A model generated the notes under the pieces. It was not told the DNA's origin and did no database searches. It saw nothing but the letters and a program-made list of their open reading frames with translations. A stretch of 64,000 nucleotides of DNA, from NCBI GenBank assembly GCA_937924685.1, contig CALEVN010000027.1, positions 60,205 to 124,204 of the forward strand, given 5' to 3'. The first letter of the stretch is position 1, and every line of letters begins with the position of its first letter. This DNA is from an uncultured Candidatus Altimarinota bacterium. Its GTDB lineage: Bacteria; Patescibacteriota; Gracilibacteria; BD1-5; JAGOOR01. The position numbers were made by a program, and so were the translations under genes. Positions 11,736-21,885 of the stretch are shown here, one piece after another.

Positions 11736-13718
11736 CTATGTTGATGCAATGGATACTGTCTCTTTTTTGTCGACTATACTGACATTTCTGATACCATTAT
11801 TTTCAAAAAAAGTACTCAAAAAAGCGATAGATATATTATCCATTCTTATGCATCCAGCAGAGTCTTTCGTGCCGAGATTTTTCTCTTTATTTGTCCCGTG
11901 AAAATAGATGTTTTGATCCATGTTCATGGCTAATATTGCTGTCGTCATCTGCGCACTTCCATCCCAATCTATCATACCATCAGGGCTTTGTTTGTGATAT
12001 GCCTGTCCAAATTTTCTAAATGGTATAGTGCGAGGATCTTCTGATTTTGTTTGCAATTGAAATTCTCATGCAGGTGTTCTCGATCATTTGCCGCTCGATA
12101 TATCAAAAGCGATTTTTGGAACACCCGATGGATCAAGTAAGTATGCTTTCTGTCAGTCTTCATTGATATTTACGACTATTTGATAGTCCGCTTGAGATCT
12201 CTGAGCTCAGTATGTACTGTAAAATAATTGTGCTTCTTTGCTATCTACTACATGCATACGAGGTTTGCTTGCGAGGAGGAGTTCTTTTTCTTTTCCAGAA
12301 ACTTGTGAGAGTATATTTTGGAGTATCAGAGATGTTTCTTGTATTTTTGTATCATCACTTTTTTCTAGTTCTCAGAAAAATGTAGATAAATTTTCAGGAA
12401 TATTTTTGACTCAGGGGGTTACCTCGGCGCTCATCAATCATTTTTTTCTAAAACCATTTTTCTTTTGCAAATTTATGAGATCTCAAAAATTAATATTATT
12501 CTCTCGAATTCTATATGCTGGCACGTTATTTGGTACGTGCCTTGTTGTTTGTTCATTGTGGTTAAAACCTCTGTCTGATACATCTCCTATGATGGTGAAG
12601 TTTGCTTTTCCACTTTCTTTTGCGAGGATTTTTTTACCGAAAAACAGTATCATTCTCTGCTCTCTGAAATCTTCAGCCATTTTCTGAAGTGCTGGCTTTA
12701 CCTCATTCCAATCGCAGTATATGTCGATAGAATTACATGCTCTTATTATCATGATATCATCCTTTCAAGGGAGTTTTATTTCTTTTCCGAGAGCATCGCG
12801 GGCATTCTCGAGTTGTTTTCTGAGAGATTTTAGACCATCACCACGTACCACCTGTATATCATTTCTTCCGAGTAAATCTCCTCCGATTTTTTGGTCACTT
12901 TTTCTTGCTTTGAGTAGTTCATCTACTGACTCAGGAAGATCGAGCGCTATGGTATGATTTCTCTTCAAAGCTTTTGCCATTTCTACTGATGTGATCGCAG
13001 GGTAGTCTCTCCGGATGTGTTGTTCTTGGTCATGATAATCGCCTACACCAGGTCAGATGTCTATAAAATAAGAATCTATGTTTGATATACCGAGATCAGT
13101 GAGAAACTGTATATGGTCATTGAGCCGCCCGGGGAATGTGCGATTGAGGAGGTCCATATTCTGTTCATGTCTGCGAAGATCTCTCTTATATTCTCAGACA
13201 GATGTCTTTATTTCTTCTTCATCGGATGATGATAGAACCGGCTCATCTTTGATTTTTTCCACAAATGTTGGCGTTTTGTCGATCTGGTTTGCTAGCGCTG
13301 TAATTATAGCACGTACTTCTCAGAGATCATACATGGTATATTTTTTTGTTTCGTCAAAAATTCCCCTGAGTTCTTGTTTGATATCATTTTTTTCTTTTTC
13401 ATGAAATGATTTTCAATTTACGAGACGATCGAAGCGTCATTGACATGTACTGACTTTTCATAGAAGTTCCTCTTTTTTTCTTTTATTTTCTTCTGTATGG
13501 TTTTTGAGTTCTTTCCAAGTACTTATGATGTCTGCATACAGTTCTCCTGCATTATCTGGTGAGGATTTTTGTAATTCATTTTTGAGGTCGAGAAGTTCCT
13601 GCCTTGTCTTCTCTTTTTCTTCTTCTGATATACCGTCTTTCTTCCTCTCCTGTATGGTTTGTTTTATCGTGGTGAGTTTTTTTTGTCATTCGGTTATGTT
13701 TTCTGCAGGATTCGACAT
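11736..13718 (-). CDS. 660-aa protein: long coiled-coil N-terminal region fused to a C-terminal L,D-transpeptidase (YkuD) catalytic domain
   Basis: Fragments 12765..12980, 12483..12752 and 11736..12056 share one frame with ATG 13718. Gaps were hand-translated and contain only TGA interruptions. TAG at 11736. The C-terminus carries HGTNKEKNLGTKDSAGCIRMDN, the YkuD His...Gly-Cys-(I/V)-Arg active-site signature. Confidence 0.75.
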
Positions 13719-13728
13719 GAAAATAATT

Positions 13729-14763
13729 TTATTTTTTGAGTTCTTTATCTACATCATCTGCTGTTGCTTTTGGTTTTTCTCAGCCTGCCCCTGGCGGTAC
13801 TCTGAAGAGTTTGCCTGTGTATGGACATTTTACTTCCATACCAGCTGGCAAGCCTGTTACATCGACTAACTGATGTTTCGCAGCATAGGGGCTATTGACG
13901 AAACCAGGGCGTCCCGGAATAGGAACACCATAAGGTAATTCTTCAGGCTTCTTCTCACCTCCTTCAGGCTTCTTCTCACCTCCTTCAGGCTTCTTCTCAC
14001 CTCCTTCAGGCTTTTTCTCACCTCCTTCAGGCTTTTTCTCACCTCCTTCAGGCTTTTTCTCACCTATAAAATCATTCGGTAAAATAATTGGTTTGTTGGT
14101 ATAGGGGCAGATTATTTTATCTCCGGGTTTAAGACCACGAACATCGACCAACCTCGGTGGGTTGGTATGTGGACTTCTAATATATCATGGTAAACCCGCT
14201 ACAACTGTACCATAGAGTACAGATTCATCACCTTTTTCTCCTTTATCACCAGCATCACCTTTTTTGCTAGATGGGCGCATACCAGAATCATCTCTATTTT
14301 CTTTCTTTTTTGGTTTTCATTTCATTTCTTTTGGTTCTTTTGAAAATGATGCTGGATCTACTTCTACGAAGTCTTCTGCGACCCATCCTGTGCGACTTTC
14401 GTCGATTTTTCCACCCGCTTTATAGACCTGTACTTTGACGAAGTTTTTCTTTTCTGCTTGTCCTTCTACGGTAACTCCAGTTTTTCGGCCTATGATTCTG
14501 ACCTCTTCACCTTTATAGGCTGTACCTATACGGTTGCCATGATCATCACGAATTCGGAGTCCGTATCATTTATCAAAAGTTTTTATTTTTCCAATGATGG
14601 TTTGTTTCTCGTAGTTTCCATTGAGTTTTTTGTGCAAATCGCCTAAAGCGTCTTGGGTATTTTTTTTGAGATCAACACGTTCTTGAGTGCTGTCTGGAAG
14701 TTGATCTTTGTAATCTGTTTGTGGTTTGAATTTGCCACCAACAGGGAAATTTTCTCAAGGCAT
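13729..14763 (-). CDS. 344-aa protein with an SH3b-like domain, an EKKPEGG tandem repeat and a duplicated CPYT motif (first gene of the cluster)
   Basis: ATG 14763 is in frame with track ORF 13780..14151. TAA at 13729. The SH3b-like stretch is [27 protein letters not shown]...VKVQV...GWVAEDFV. The duplicated motif is SP(H/Y)..(4-5 aa)..LVDV.GL..G....CPYT.K....P. Translation of 14763..14521 was checked by hand. Confidence 0.7.
13941..14063 (-). repeat. 21-bp tandem repeat, about 6 copies, encoding (EKKPEGG)n
   Basis: The unit cttcaggcttcttctcacctc occurs 3 times, followed by 3 copies of the variant cttcaggctttttctcacctc (AAG vs AAA Lys codon). It is in frame inside CDS 13729..14763. Confidence 0.9.
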
Positions 14764-14794
14764 AAAAGTATATTAAAAATAATTATACCTTTTT

Positions 14795-14823
14795 AGTCTA
14801 CTTTACTTTTTTGTGCTTTGCAA
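14795..14823 (-). promoter_or_regulatory. putative promoter of the ORFan cluster
   Basis: On the minus strand: TTGCAA (14823..14818), a 17-nt spacer, then TAGACT (14800..14795). It is preceded by AAATATT. A TATAAT also lies at 14787..14782. It sits in the divergent region shared with rel. Confidence 0.4.
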
Positions 14824-14846
14824 ATATTTGAGCCATTTCCTCTCCA

Positions 14847-14874
14847 TTGAAAGTCGACTGTTTTCTCCTATACT
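14847..14874 (+). promoter_or_regulatory. putative rel promoter giving a leaderless or near-leaderless mRNA
   Basis: TTGAAA (14847..14852), a 16-nt spacer, TATACT (14869..14874), then 6 nt (cttttt) and ATG 14881. No Shine-Dalgarno-like sequence. Confidence 0.5.
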
Positions 14875-14880
14875 CTTTTT

Positions 14881-17016
14881 ATGCCACAGCGACTCGATAT
14901 AGATGCTTTAATAAAAGAAATAGAAGAATTGTATGGGAGATACGGTTCTGAGGATTTTTCGATAGCAAAAAAGGCCTATGAATATGCTAAAAATGCCCAC
15001 AAAAATCATAATAGAAAATCAGGAGAACCCTACATAGTTCATCCTATATCGGCTGCTCGAGAATTGATGACTATACAGCCTGATATGGTGACCCTTGTCT
15101 CTACGATTATCCATGATACAGTTTCTGATGGTACGGGCACATTTGATGAAATTGAAGAGCTATTTTGACTAGAAGTACGTCGTATCGTCGAAGCTCTTGA
15201 TAAGATCGGTTTCATAAAATACAGAGGTAATCAATCCACGATTGATCGACTCCAGAGGACACTCATTGCTATGGCCCAGGATGTGCGAAGTATATTTGTG
15301 AAATTTGCAGATAGGATCGATAATCTACGTACTCTTCAGTATCACAAAGACCCTGAAGTGGCCAAAAGAATTGCTGACGAATCTCTCTCTATTTATGCTC
15401 CTATTGCGGCACGTCTCGGTCTCTATGGTTTTAAGGAGATAATGGAAACCCTCTCGCTCCGAGAACTCGATCTCGATGGATATCTCCATGTCACAGGAGA
15501 GCTCGCTCATTATACACTTGAGCAAGATAAATTTCTCACACAATCTGTTCATAAGATACGTAATCTACTTCCAGAAAAATATAGAGATACTGTCACCTAT
15601 AGAGTCAAAAAACCATATTCGATTTATCGAAAACTCAAGCAAAGTGATGTCAAAAGCATTCGTGACATTTATGACGTGTTTGCTATTCGTATTATCGTCG
15701 ATGATGTGAGTGATTGTTATGCTGTTTTGGGCTTGATACATGGTCATTTTACCCCTATTTCCAAACGCTTCAAAGACTTCATAGCTGTCCCAAAATCTAA
15801 CTGATATCAGAGTCTTCATACGACAGTTCTCTGATTTGAGTGATACCAGCAGCCAGTCGAAATACAAATCAGGACTCGTGAAATGGATCAAGATGCCGAA
15901 GAGGGGACAGCGGCTCACATCCTCTACAAGATCCATGGTGATACTATGCAAAAAGAGCAAAAATATGAAGACTTACTTCAGATGACCATGGATACTCTTC
16001 TTGGACAAGAAGAGTCTGCCTTTGGGAAAAAAATAAAACTTCCTACTATTTTTGTTTTTTCTCCTCGTGGTGATGTGTTTGAGCTTCCACAAAAATCGAC
16101 TCCTATTGATTTTGCTTATGCAGTACACTCGGATGTTGGATATCATTCTGTGTGAGCCCGTATTAATGGCAAGATACGAACCCTCGATACTGTTCTGAAA
16201 GATGGAGATATCGTTGAAATAGTGACGAGCCCCCAAGCACATCCCGCTCAACAATGGCTGGATTTCGTTGTTTCTTCCAAGGCAAAATCTCAAATTGGTG
16301 TGGAAGTGAAGCGTCTCTCTGGTGATAGGGGGAAGATAGTAGAAAAAGGAAAAAAACTTCTCTTTGAGACATTTAAATGAGCAGGAATTATCCTCGATGA
16401 TCATCTCACAAATTTTTTGCAATATTATGGAAGTAGTTTGGATGCTAAAAAAATGGAAGAGTTATTTTACAGTATAGGTCAGGGCATTAGAAAACCGAGC
16501 AGTTTTCTCCCCAGAAAACAACCAACGAAAAAAAATGTAGCCAAATCTCACGCAGAGAGCCCTATTCGTATCATGATAGGGGGTGAACGACAAATACCTC
16601 ATCAGATTGCTCAATGCTGTTCGCCCCACTTTCCTGATGAGATAGTGGCTGTACTGAGGACTTGAGGTAAATGTATGATTCATGATGTTCACTGCCGTAG
16701 TCTTGAGCGTGTCAATAATCGCCGGCTTCTTTCGGCTTATTGGCAAACAAGTGAAAAAGGCAAAGTGGTTTCATTTACCCTCCTTTTTCATGATGTTCCA
16801 TGACTTCTCGCACGAGTGACGAAAGTATTCTATGAGATGGGAGTCAATATAGTTGATCTCGACCTCAAGGCTCAAGATGATGGAACTTGCCGCATACAGG
16901 CCTCAATTGAGATACACAATGACCCATCATTTCTTGATCGATTATTCGAGAGAATACGCCTCTATATACCAGAATTTCTCATGGCTGAGAATGATTTTTT
17001 TGACAAGAGAAAATAA
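14881..17016 (+). CDS. rel: bifunctional (p)ppGpp synthetase/hydrolase, RelA/SpoT homologue (HD, synthetase, TGS and ACT domains)
   Basis: Fragments 14881, 15271, 15883, 16417 and 16816 are all in frame 1. Conserved motifs present: SGEPYIVHP, IIHDTV, YRVKKPYSIYRK, PKSN-G-YQSLHTTV, VEIQIRTREM, TGS V-G-ARINGK, ACT DVP-G-LLARV. The hyphenated G residues are TGA codons. TAA at 17014. Confidence 0.93.
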
Positions 17017-17058
17017 TCTATACAATTCAGGTACTATTTAACAGTTATTCGGCTTTAT

Positions 17059-17262
17059 ATGGCTCGTTTTTACGCTACAAAGAAGGAAGGTGAATCAAGC
17101 GACAAGATGCTTGTAAGATTTAAGAAGCTCCTCTACGGATCACGTCTTATTACGAATCTTCGTGCTACACGTTATAATTTTAAGAATCCTACAAAAAGAA
17201 AGATTCGTGAGAAAGCTATCGTATGTTCAAAATATCGTGAGCTTTCAGATGAGCTTTCATAG
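17059..17262 (+). CDS. rpsU: 30S ribosomal protein S21
   Basis: 67 aa and basic. MLVRFKKLL....L...R..R.Y.KP..RK parallels E. coli S21 [33 protein letters not shown]. TAG stop. Confidence 0.7.
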   Translation: MARFYATKKEGESSDKMLVRFKKLLYGSRLITNLRATRYNFKNPTKRKIREKAIVCSKYRELSDELS

Positions 17263-17284
17263 TCACTGTTTCGAAAATTTATAA

Positions 17285-17312
17285 ATCCCAACTGTCTCAG
17301 TTGGGATTTTTC
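17285..17312 (+). terminator. rho-independent terminator after rpsU
   Basis: 9-bp stem atcccaact / agttgggat, 5-nt loop, then TTTT. Confidence 0.7.
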
Positions 17313-17359
17313 TTGTACCACTAGGAATAATGTCTATACTGGTCTTATAACTTTTTTCT

Positions 17360-17572
17360 ATGCTCTTTTTCTGAATCATTTGTGTCATTCTCTGAGTCGC
17401 TATCCTCTTTAATCCTGCACTCCTTGGTTTTCTCGTAGGGCTCGCTCTTTTTATACTCGGTTCATGGATTATTCTCGGATGGTACAAAGTAAATAAGGTA
17501 CTCGAAAAAAAATACTCGGTTTGAAAGTATCAGATTATTTTCCAGAAAAAATGAGACTCTCCTAAGGAATAG
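17360..17572 (+). CDS. small two-helix membrane protein (70 aa)
   Basis: ATG 17360, TAG 17570, four in-frame TGAs. Sequence MLFFGIICVILGVAILFNPALLGFLVGLALFILGSWIILGWYK looks like a genuine hydrophobic hairpin. It ends 5 nt before the next gene. Absent from the track because of the TGAs. Confidence 0.4.
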
Positions 17573-17577
17573 TTTTT

Positions 17578-18312
17578 ATGCAGATACTTGCGATTATTTT
17601 CTCTGTAGCATTTGGTTTTTTTCTCTGGATGTATCTCCTGACCTACTTTATGTACCGTGGAGCGAGTCGTGATTTTTTTCAGAAAGTTCGTATTGGTCTC
17701 ATACGGGGTATGCTTGTAGCAGGCGTTTTTATCCTCTTTGATAGCGTTGATAGTCTTCAGGGGTATATCCAGACTGATTGGGTTGTTTTTCCGCTTCTTT
17801 TCTTTGCACTTTCTCTACCATTTTCTTGGAGACGTATTGGGTTTTTTGCGACGTTTCCAGTGCTGCTCGGTCTATGTGTCCTTTCTCTTCATTACTTCAT
17901 GACACCATCATCGTTTCTCTGGTCTCCTTTTCACGAAGAAATAGGGAAATGGTATCAGAGTACAACAGCACTCTATCCTGCTCTCGTGAGCCCATTTGTG
18001 AGCCTCGGTTTTGCGCTTGTAGAAAATATTCGTTATTTTAGTGGAGATACACACGTTGCTGAGATATTGGGTCGCAGCCTGTTTTCTCTTCCGCTTCATC
18101 TCTTTGTTTCTCTCTTTGCTTTTTGGTGCTTCTTTTCTTTTCGTTCTCGAGTGCTCTGAGGTATCGTCGGTGTTATGTCAGCTATTCTCATCCATATGCT
18201 CTATAACTGGTCGCTCAGTACCTCACTCATTATCACCCTCATTATTATCATGATGGGCTACGCTTTCTATGGTTGGAGTGTAGAAAACGGTTGGTGGAAG
18301 AGGAAAATTTAA
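17578..18312 (+). CDS. polytopic membrane protein, possibly a PrsW-like intramembrane protease
   Basis: Track ORF 17578..18159 reads through TGA 18157 to TAA 18310. At least 6 hydrophobic helices. ALVENIRYF, PLHLFVSL and IHMLYNW resemble the E..K / H...(D/N) motifs of PrsW-type proteases. This is a weak, by-eye call. Confidence 0.45.
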
Positions 18313-19841
18313 TTCTTTTTGAGCTCGTCGAGTTGTGCCTGGATTTTATCTACCTGAGCGCTTGTTGTTTTGTCATCCTTGAGCCAACGATTGTAGAGGT
18401 CGATAGCAATTGCTTCACGAGTGGCGTCATTCATGACTCCAGCGCCAGCAGCAGTCACACTATCGATTACTTTGAGTTCGAGCTGATATTTTGCGAGAGC
18501 GGCTTTTGTGATAGGGCCAAATATCGCTGTATCTTTATTGCTCATGTACCCTACTTGCTTGAGGATTTTTTGTAATATACGGATACCAGCATTCACTTGA
18601 CCGAGTTTCACAGTTGGTACTTTTTTCAGAGAATCAGCATATTCTTGTTTTTTCTTATTGAGAGCTTCATCACGCTTTTGTTTTGCAGCATCGAGATCAC
18701 GTTCGAGAGCTACAATACTGTCGAGTTTTCCGAGGTATGTATTGTATGTCTCTGTGAGTGTTGTTTCTGTAACTGGACCATAGTAACCAGCACCTGGATC
18801 ATCTGCACCTGTGACTATCTTTTTCTCAAGTTGAAATGCATATATAGCATCGACGAGGCGTTTATTGAAAATCCCATCTATGTCATATTTGAAATAACCG
18901 AGATCTTTGAGTTTTTGTTGGAGCGCTCGAGTATCGTCACTATTGAGGTTACTGGTAGTCGCTGCAGCACTACTAGAAGATGAGCTCGTTGTGTCGGTTG
19001 CAGTAGAATTAACAATGTTCGTATTGTCTGTCTTGTTGAGTGTTCCCGACAGGAGTGCCTTGAGCATGGCACGTGTTTTTGGGCCATAAGTTCCTGCACC
19101 ATCATCCGTCTTTACTTGTACGATGCCGTTTGTTTTTTGGAATTGAAATATAGCCTCTACGAAATCCTCATCAAATATACCATCAATAGGGCCACTATAA
19201 GCATTGAGTCGAGTGAGGAGGTTTTGTACTATTTTTACGTCTGCCTGAGGGCTTACGGCATTTATAGGCATAGTAAATGGATCAAATACTCTCGTTGTTG
19301 ATCCAGAGGCAAGAGGTACTGTTTCATTGTGAGGATTTGTACAATCACTCGGAACATTATCAAAATTTGATGTATCGGGGATAGAAGTATCGTTATTGAA
19401 ATCTATGTAGACTGTCTGAACTCAGAAGTTAATAGCTCTACAGAGACCAGCCTGTCATTTCCCCATATAGATATCGAGACGAGGAAGCTTTGATCCGCTT
19501 GTGATAGCGCCTCCACGATCGAGAACAGTTCCGTGAAACTCAAAATTAATTGGAGTTCCCTTGATAGTGAGTGTTTGTTTTGTGTGAACCCGTGTATTAA
19601 ATGCTATATCACGTGGTGCTGCGACAACTCCAATACGGACTGGTTGTCCAGAGGCTGTATGTGTCCCTTCACCGTTCATTTTTATTTCATCAGCATAGGT
19701 ATCATGTAGATAGAAATCCTGTCATTCTACTGGTGAATAATACGCTGACACGAGATAAAAAGCTCCATCGGCATGTGTGGGAAGTGACCAGAGGGGAACT
19801 GTGAGACTCGCAAGAGTCAAGAGGCTAAAAATGCGACGCAT
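18309..19841 (-). CDS. secreted cell-wall protein: signal peptide, 3D (MltA-like) domain, then four PG_binding_1 repeats
   Basis: ATG 19841. Fragments 19455..19679 and 18309..19271 are in frame, and the gap was hand-translated. Signal peptide: MRRIFSLLTLASLTVPLWSLPTHA. 3D domain: SAYYSPVE-G-QD...GVVAAPRD...LDRGGAI...LDIYMG. Four repeats fit the pattern LQ..L..LGY....IDGIF....V.AI..FQ. TAA at 18309. Confidence 0.8.
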
Positions 19842-19940
19842 AAAAGAAAAAAATTATAACCATATTGTATTCTCTGAGGTTATATGGCAAACGAAAAGTT
19901 ATTGACATAGAAAAGCTTATCTATTAGAGGTTTCTGGCAC

Positions 19941-19968
19941 TTGCAAAGAGGTATTCTCTTCCTACACT
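19941..19968 (+). promoter_or_regulatory. putative promoter, near-leaderless, for the yraN-like gene
   Basis: TTGCAA (19941..46), 16-nt spacer, TACACT (19963..68), 6 nt, then ATG 19975. Confidence 0.5.
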
Positions 19969-19974
19969 ATTTTT

Positions 19975-20337
19975 ATGGTATGATTTAATTATCGTTCTCG
20001 GGGAGATGTCTGAGAAGACCTCGCTGTGTCATATTTAGAGACACATTGATATACCATTATTGAACGAAATGCTACCTTTCTCGGAGGAGAACTCGATATC
20101 ATATGTACTCGGGATGGATTTTGGAGATTTGTGGAAGTGAAATACCGTGAAAGCACTATTTTTGGTTATCCGGAAGATTCTATGACTTCTAAAAAAATCA
20201 AAACCCTCCTCCGTGCTATAGAGATGTATTGTCTCAAGAAAAATATAGATTATGCTCGGACAAGACTCGATTTTCTCTGAATTTTACGATTACCAGAAGA
20301 GAAATATGAGTACAGATTAATAGAGGATGTGAATTAA
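19975..20337 (+). CDS. yraN: YraN-family (UPF0102) predicted endonuclease
   Basis: 120 aa, missed entirely by the standard-code track because it has 4 TGAs. G-EDLAVSYLETH-G-YTIIERN....GELDIICT......FVEVKYR fits the UPF0102 pattern G..GE..A..YL...G..I..RN.....GE.D.I.......VEVK.R. TAA at 20335. Confidence 0.8.
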
Positions 20338-20400
20338 TTGAATTTTTCTTGCACAACTCTAAAATGCTCTAACATATTGTATACCTTTAATCGTTATCTT

Positions 20401-21045
20401 ATGAAACTCTTTCTCGACACTGCTGACCTCAGTCTCATCCGTCACTATGCTGCTCTCGGTATCGTTGATGGTGTCACGACGAATCCTTCTATTATTGCTA
20501 AAGAAGGTGCTGATCAGGAAACACGTATTCGTGAAATCGCTGAGCTTATCCCTGGGCCGGTGAGCTGTGAAGTGACAACACTCACTGCAGAAGAAATGAT
20601 TGAACAGGGGCGAAAGTTTGCTTCTTGGGGTGAAAATATTTATGTTAAACTTCCGATAGTTCCAGAAGGTTTAAAGGCTCTTCAGGTGCTTGCTTCAGAA
20701 GGAATCCCAACAAATATGACACTGTGTTTCTCTGTGACTCAAGCATGGGCAGTAGCAAAACTTGGAGCGACGCTTGTGAGTCCATTTATTGGCCGACTCG
20801 ATGATATAGGACAGGATGGTATCAAATTGATCGAAGACATCGTCAACCTCTATCGTCTTCAGGGATATGAGACAGCTGTACTCGCTGCGAGTATTCGTTC
20901 TGTTGACCATATCAATCGTTCAGCTCTTGCTGGCGCTGATATAGTGACTCTTCCGCCAAAATTAATCGATGAGATGCTTCATCATGATCTCACTGACAAA
21001 TGACTCGCAAAATTTATGGAGGATTTCAAAAATAGCCAAAAATAG
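20401..21045 (+). CDS. tal: transaldolase, type 3B (fructose-6-phosphate aldolase family)
   Basis: MKLFLDTADL....GVTTNPS...YVKLP....G......GI.TN.TL.FS..QA..AA.AGA..VSPF.GR.DD. The C-terminal HHDLTDK-G-LAKFMEDF reads through TGA 21001. TAG at 21043. The start is taken at ATG 20401, not the TTG at 20338 used by the track. Confidence 0.9.
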
Positions 21046-21046
21046 T

Positions 21047-21883
21047 ATGACAACTTTTTCTCTCACTACCGATAAAACTGAGCTCGAAAAGATAGCTCAC
21101 CAGCTTCGTCTCGATGTTCTCGAGATGCTCCGACTTGCTGGCTCTGGCCATATAGGATGACCATTCGGTATGGCGGATATTTTTGCGGCATTGTATTTCT
21201 CATTTCTAAATACAACTCCAGGAAATCCATCTGACGAAAATCGTGATTATTGTCTCCTCTCTAATGGGCATATCTGTCCTATTTATTATGCAGCTTTGGC
21301 TCGTCGTGGATTTTTCCCCATCGAAGAAATGCAAAAACTTCGAAAGATTGATTCACTCCTTCAAGGGCATCCGAAGCTCTCTATTCCTGGTGTAGAAAAT
21401 TCTTCAGGCCCTCTCGGTCATGGTCTTTCTCAGGCAGTGGGTATCGCTCTCGCACTCAGAATGGATAAGAAAAATAATCGTGTCGTGTGTTGCATGTCTG
21501 ATGGTGAACATCAAGAAGGGCAGACATGGGAAGCAGTGATGTCGGCACATAAATGGAACCTCAGTAATCTCATCGCTATCATGGACTGTAATCATCTCCA
21601 GATAGAGGGGACGACAGATGAGATCATGCCTATGGGAAGTCTCGCTGATAAATATCGTGATTTTGGTTGGGAAGTTCGTGAGATAGATGGACATAACATG
21701 GTACAAATCTTGGAGACCCTTGCCTGGGCGGATAAGAATGATAAACCAACCATGATTGTGGCGCACACCACGCTCGGTAAATGAGTATCATTTATGGAAA
21801 ATAATTGGGCTTATCATGACTGGGCAGGGAAGCCAGGTGATGCTGAAAAAGCACTCACAGAGCTCACTACAGCGACGATATAG
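21047..21883 (+). CDS. tkt: transketolase, N-terminal (TPP-binding) subunit of a split enzyme
   Basis: ATG 21047. AGSGHIG-G-PFGMADIF (TGA 21158), LSNGH, GHP, GPLGHGLS, SDGEHQEGQTWEA, HTTLGK-G-VSFME (TGA 21782). TAG at 21881. Confidence 0.9.
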
Positions 21884-21885
21884 AT

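Noticed and set aside
13941-14063. Short tandem repeats (13941..14063, 38019..38072, 26907..26934) could be CRISPR-like or regulatory arrays.
   Set aside because: There are no unique spacers between units. The first two are in-frame coding repeats. The third is a 14-bp x2 A/T-rich duplication in an intergenic region. No cas genes are present.
17263-17487. Track ORF 17263..17487(-) in the gap after rpsU.
   Set aside because: It runs through the rpsU terminator hairpin and overlaps a more convincing plus-strand two-helix membrane ORF (17360..17572). Its basic, low-complexity translation has no features.
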